Shown here piece after piece: positions 44,840-45,781 of a stretch of DNA of 45,781 nt. The DNA lies in the NCBI GenBank assembly GCA_019429165.1, contig JAHYJJ010000001.1, positions 1 to 45,781 of the forward strand, read 5' to 3'. The notes below the pieces were generated by a model. It was not told the origin of the DNA and did not search any database. It worked only from the letters and a program-made list of their open reading frames with translations. This DNA is from Methanosarcinaceae archaeon (GTDB lineage: Archaea; Halobacteriota; Methanosarcinia; Methanosarcinales; Methanosarcinaceae). Position numbers and translations under genes: made by a program. The first letter of the stretch is position 1. Every line of letters begins with the position of its first letter.

Positions 44840-45313
44840 ATGGATAAATTATTAGAAAATAAAGATGTAACTAAAACTATAAATGATTATGACTTATTAT
44901 TTGTATATGGAACTTTACGAAAATCCGGTAGTTTACATAAACTGTATTTAACCGATGCAATTTATAGTACTACAATAAAATTAAGTGGTGTTAAATTGTA
45001 TGAGTCTCAACTCCTACCTGTTGCCGTTTTGACTAAAAAGGATAAACATAAGATTAAAGGGGAGTTATATTATGTTCTTAAAACGGATATGCTCTCTATA
45101 GACAGATTAGAAAGTAGTTATAGAAAAGTTAAATTAACCGTTGCGATTAGCGGGTATAGTGAAAAACAAGAAGTTATAATGTATGTTAAAAAAACAACAG
45201 AAATTATAAATTTACAACCTTATCGTATTAAATCTGGCGATTGGATATTACATCAAAAGATTTTTGAAGATAAAGTTAATAAAATGTGTGAAGAAGAACG
45301 GTTTTGTATGTAA
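44840..45313 (+). CDS. Gamma-glutamylcyclotransferase (AIG2-like)
   Basis: LFVYGTLR, IKGELY, IDRLESSY, GDW. Confidence 0.9.
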   Translation: MDKLLENKDVTKTINDYDLLFVYGTLRKSGSLHKLYLTDAIYSTTIKLSGVKLYESQLLPVAVLTKKDKHKIKGELYYVLKTDMLSIDRLESSYRKVKLTVAISGYSEKQEVIMYVKKTTEIINLQPYRIKSGDWILHQKIFEDKVNKMCEEERFCM

Positions 45314-45369
45314 GACCAAAATCTATTTATACTCACAAAACAAATAACAATATAAGGGGGGTTATTAAA

Positions 45370-45552
45370 ATGAAATATAAAAATATAGAACGATTAATAA
45401 AATGGCATTACAAATACACAGAGATTTGTAAGCATAGTGCAACAGACTTTGTAAATAGATGTTTGCAAGGAAAATCTGAAATTAAAAAGCTAGAAACTAA
45501 CATAGTTTATGTGTGTCCGCCTTGTAAGGAAATGGTTGAATTGGTGGATTAA
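45370..45552 (+). CDS. Small Cys-containing hypothetical protein
   Basis: AAGGGGG SD before ATG 45370; CKH...C...CPPC. Confidence 0.6.
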   Translation: MKYKNIERLIKWHYKYTEICKHSATDFVNRCLQGKSEIKKLETNIVYVCPPCKEMVELVD

Positions 45553-45781
45553 ATGGGGTTAGATATGTATTTAAAGGCTTCTAAGTTTTTTATTAATAAT
45601 GATAATGAACTCAAAGATAAACTTAAAAAGTTAATCAAGATTAATTTGGAGCCAATTAAAATAACCTTTAATGTTATGTGTTGGCGTAAATCAAATGCTA
45701 TTCATAAATGGTTTGTTAATAATGTTCAGTCCGGTGTTGATGATTGTAAAGATTATAATGTAACCATAGACGATTTGAAGG
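45553..45781 (+). CDS. Conserved phage protein, partial (MGLDMYL family)
   Basis: Own translation MGLDMYLKAS...CWRKSNAIHKWFVNNVQSGVDDC; runs off the window end. Confidence 0.8.
   Translation, partial: MGLDMYLKASKFFINNDNELKDKLKKLIKINLEPIKITFNVMCWRKSNAIHKWFVNNVQSGVDDCKDYNVTIDDLK

Larger units (their letters stand above)
30501..45781. mobile_element. Virus B: partial genome of a second, unrelated HK97-type archaeal virus
   Basis: Second terS/terL/portal/protease/MCP set, highly divergent from A's, plus a divergent + strand early operon running off the right end. Confidence 0.85.

Overview
The window is AT-rich dsDNA virus sequence of HK97 type (Caudoviricetes-like). Its signals point to an archaeal host: GGTGA/GGAGGTGA ribosome-binding sites, BRE-TATA promoters, leaderless late genes, a secreted protein rich in N-glycosylation sequons and an archaeal-initiator-like tRNA. 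It holds two unrelated viral genomes joined at a shared gene. Virus A (1..30500) closes into an apparently complete 30,500-bp circle: bases 1-127 are identical to 30501-30627, and the ORF cut at position 1 finishes in frame at 30500-30409. All called genes of A are on the minus strand: terminases, portal-MuF, protease, capsid, a short non-contractile-type tail with a -1 frameshift chaperone, holin-like genes, and a 10-kb replication module (primase-helicase, Cas4-like nuclease/SF2 helicase, PolB, resolvase) bracketed by two co-varying long palindromes. Virus B (30501..45781, partial) has its own different terminase, portal, protease and capsid, a tRNA-Met, and exported/membrane proteins inside the capsid operon. 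It also has a highly structured non-coding region and a divergent early operon (NxTPH protein shared with A, AbrB-like, amidoligase + class II GATase + GGCT). The join is most simply an assembly chimera (k=127 overlap) of two viruses that exchange genes; a real cointegrate or satellite relationship cannot be excluded without reads. All family calls are from motifs recognised by eye; no database searches were run.
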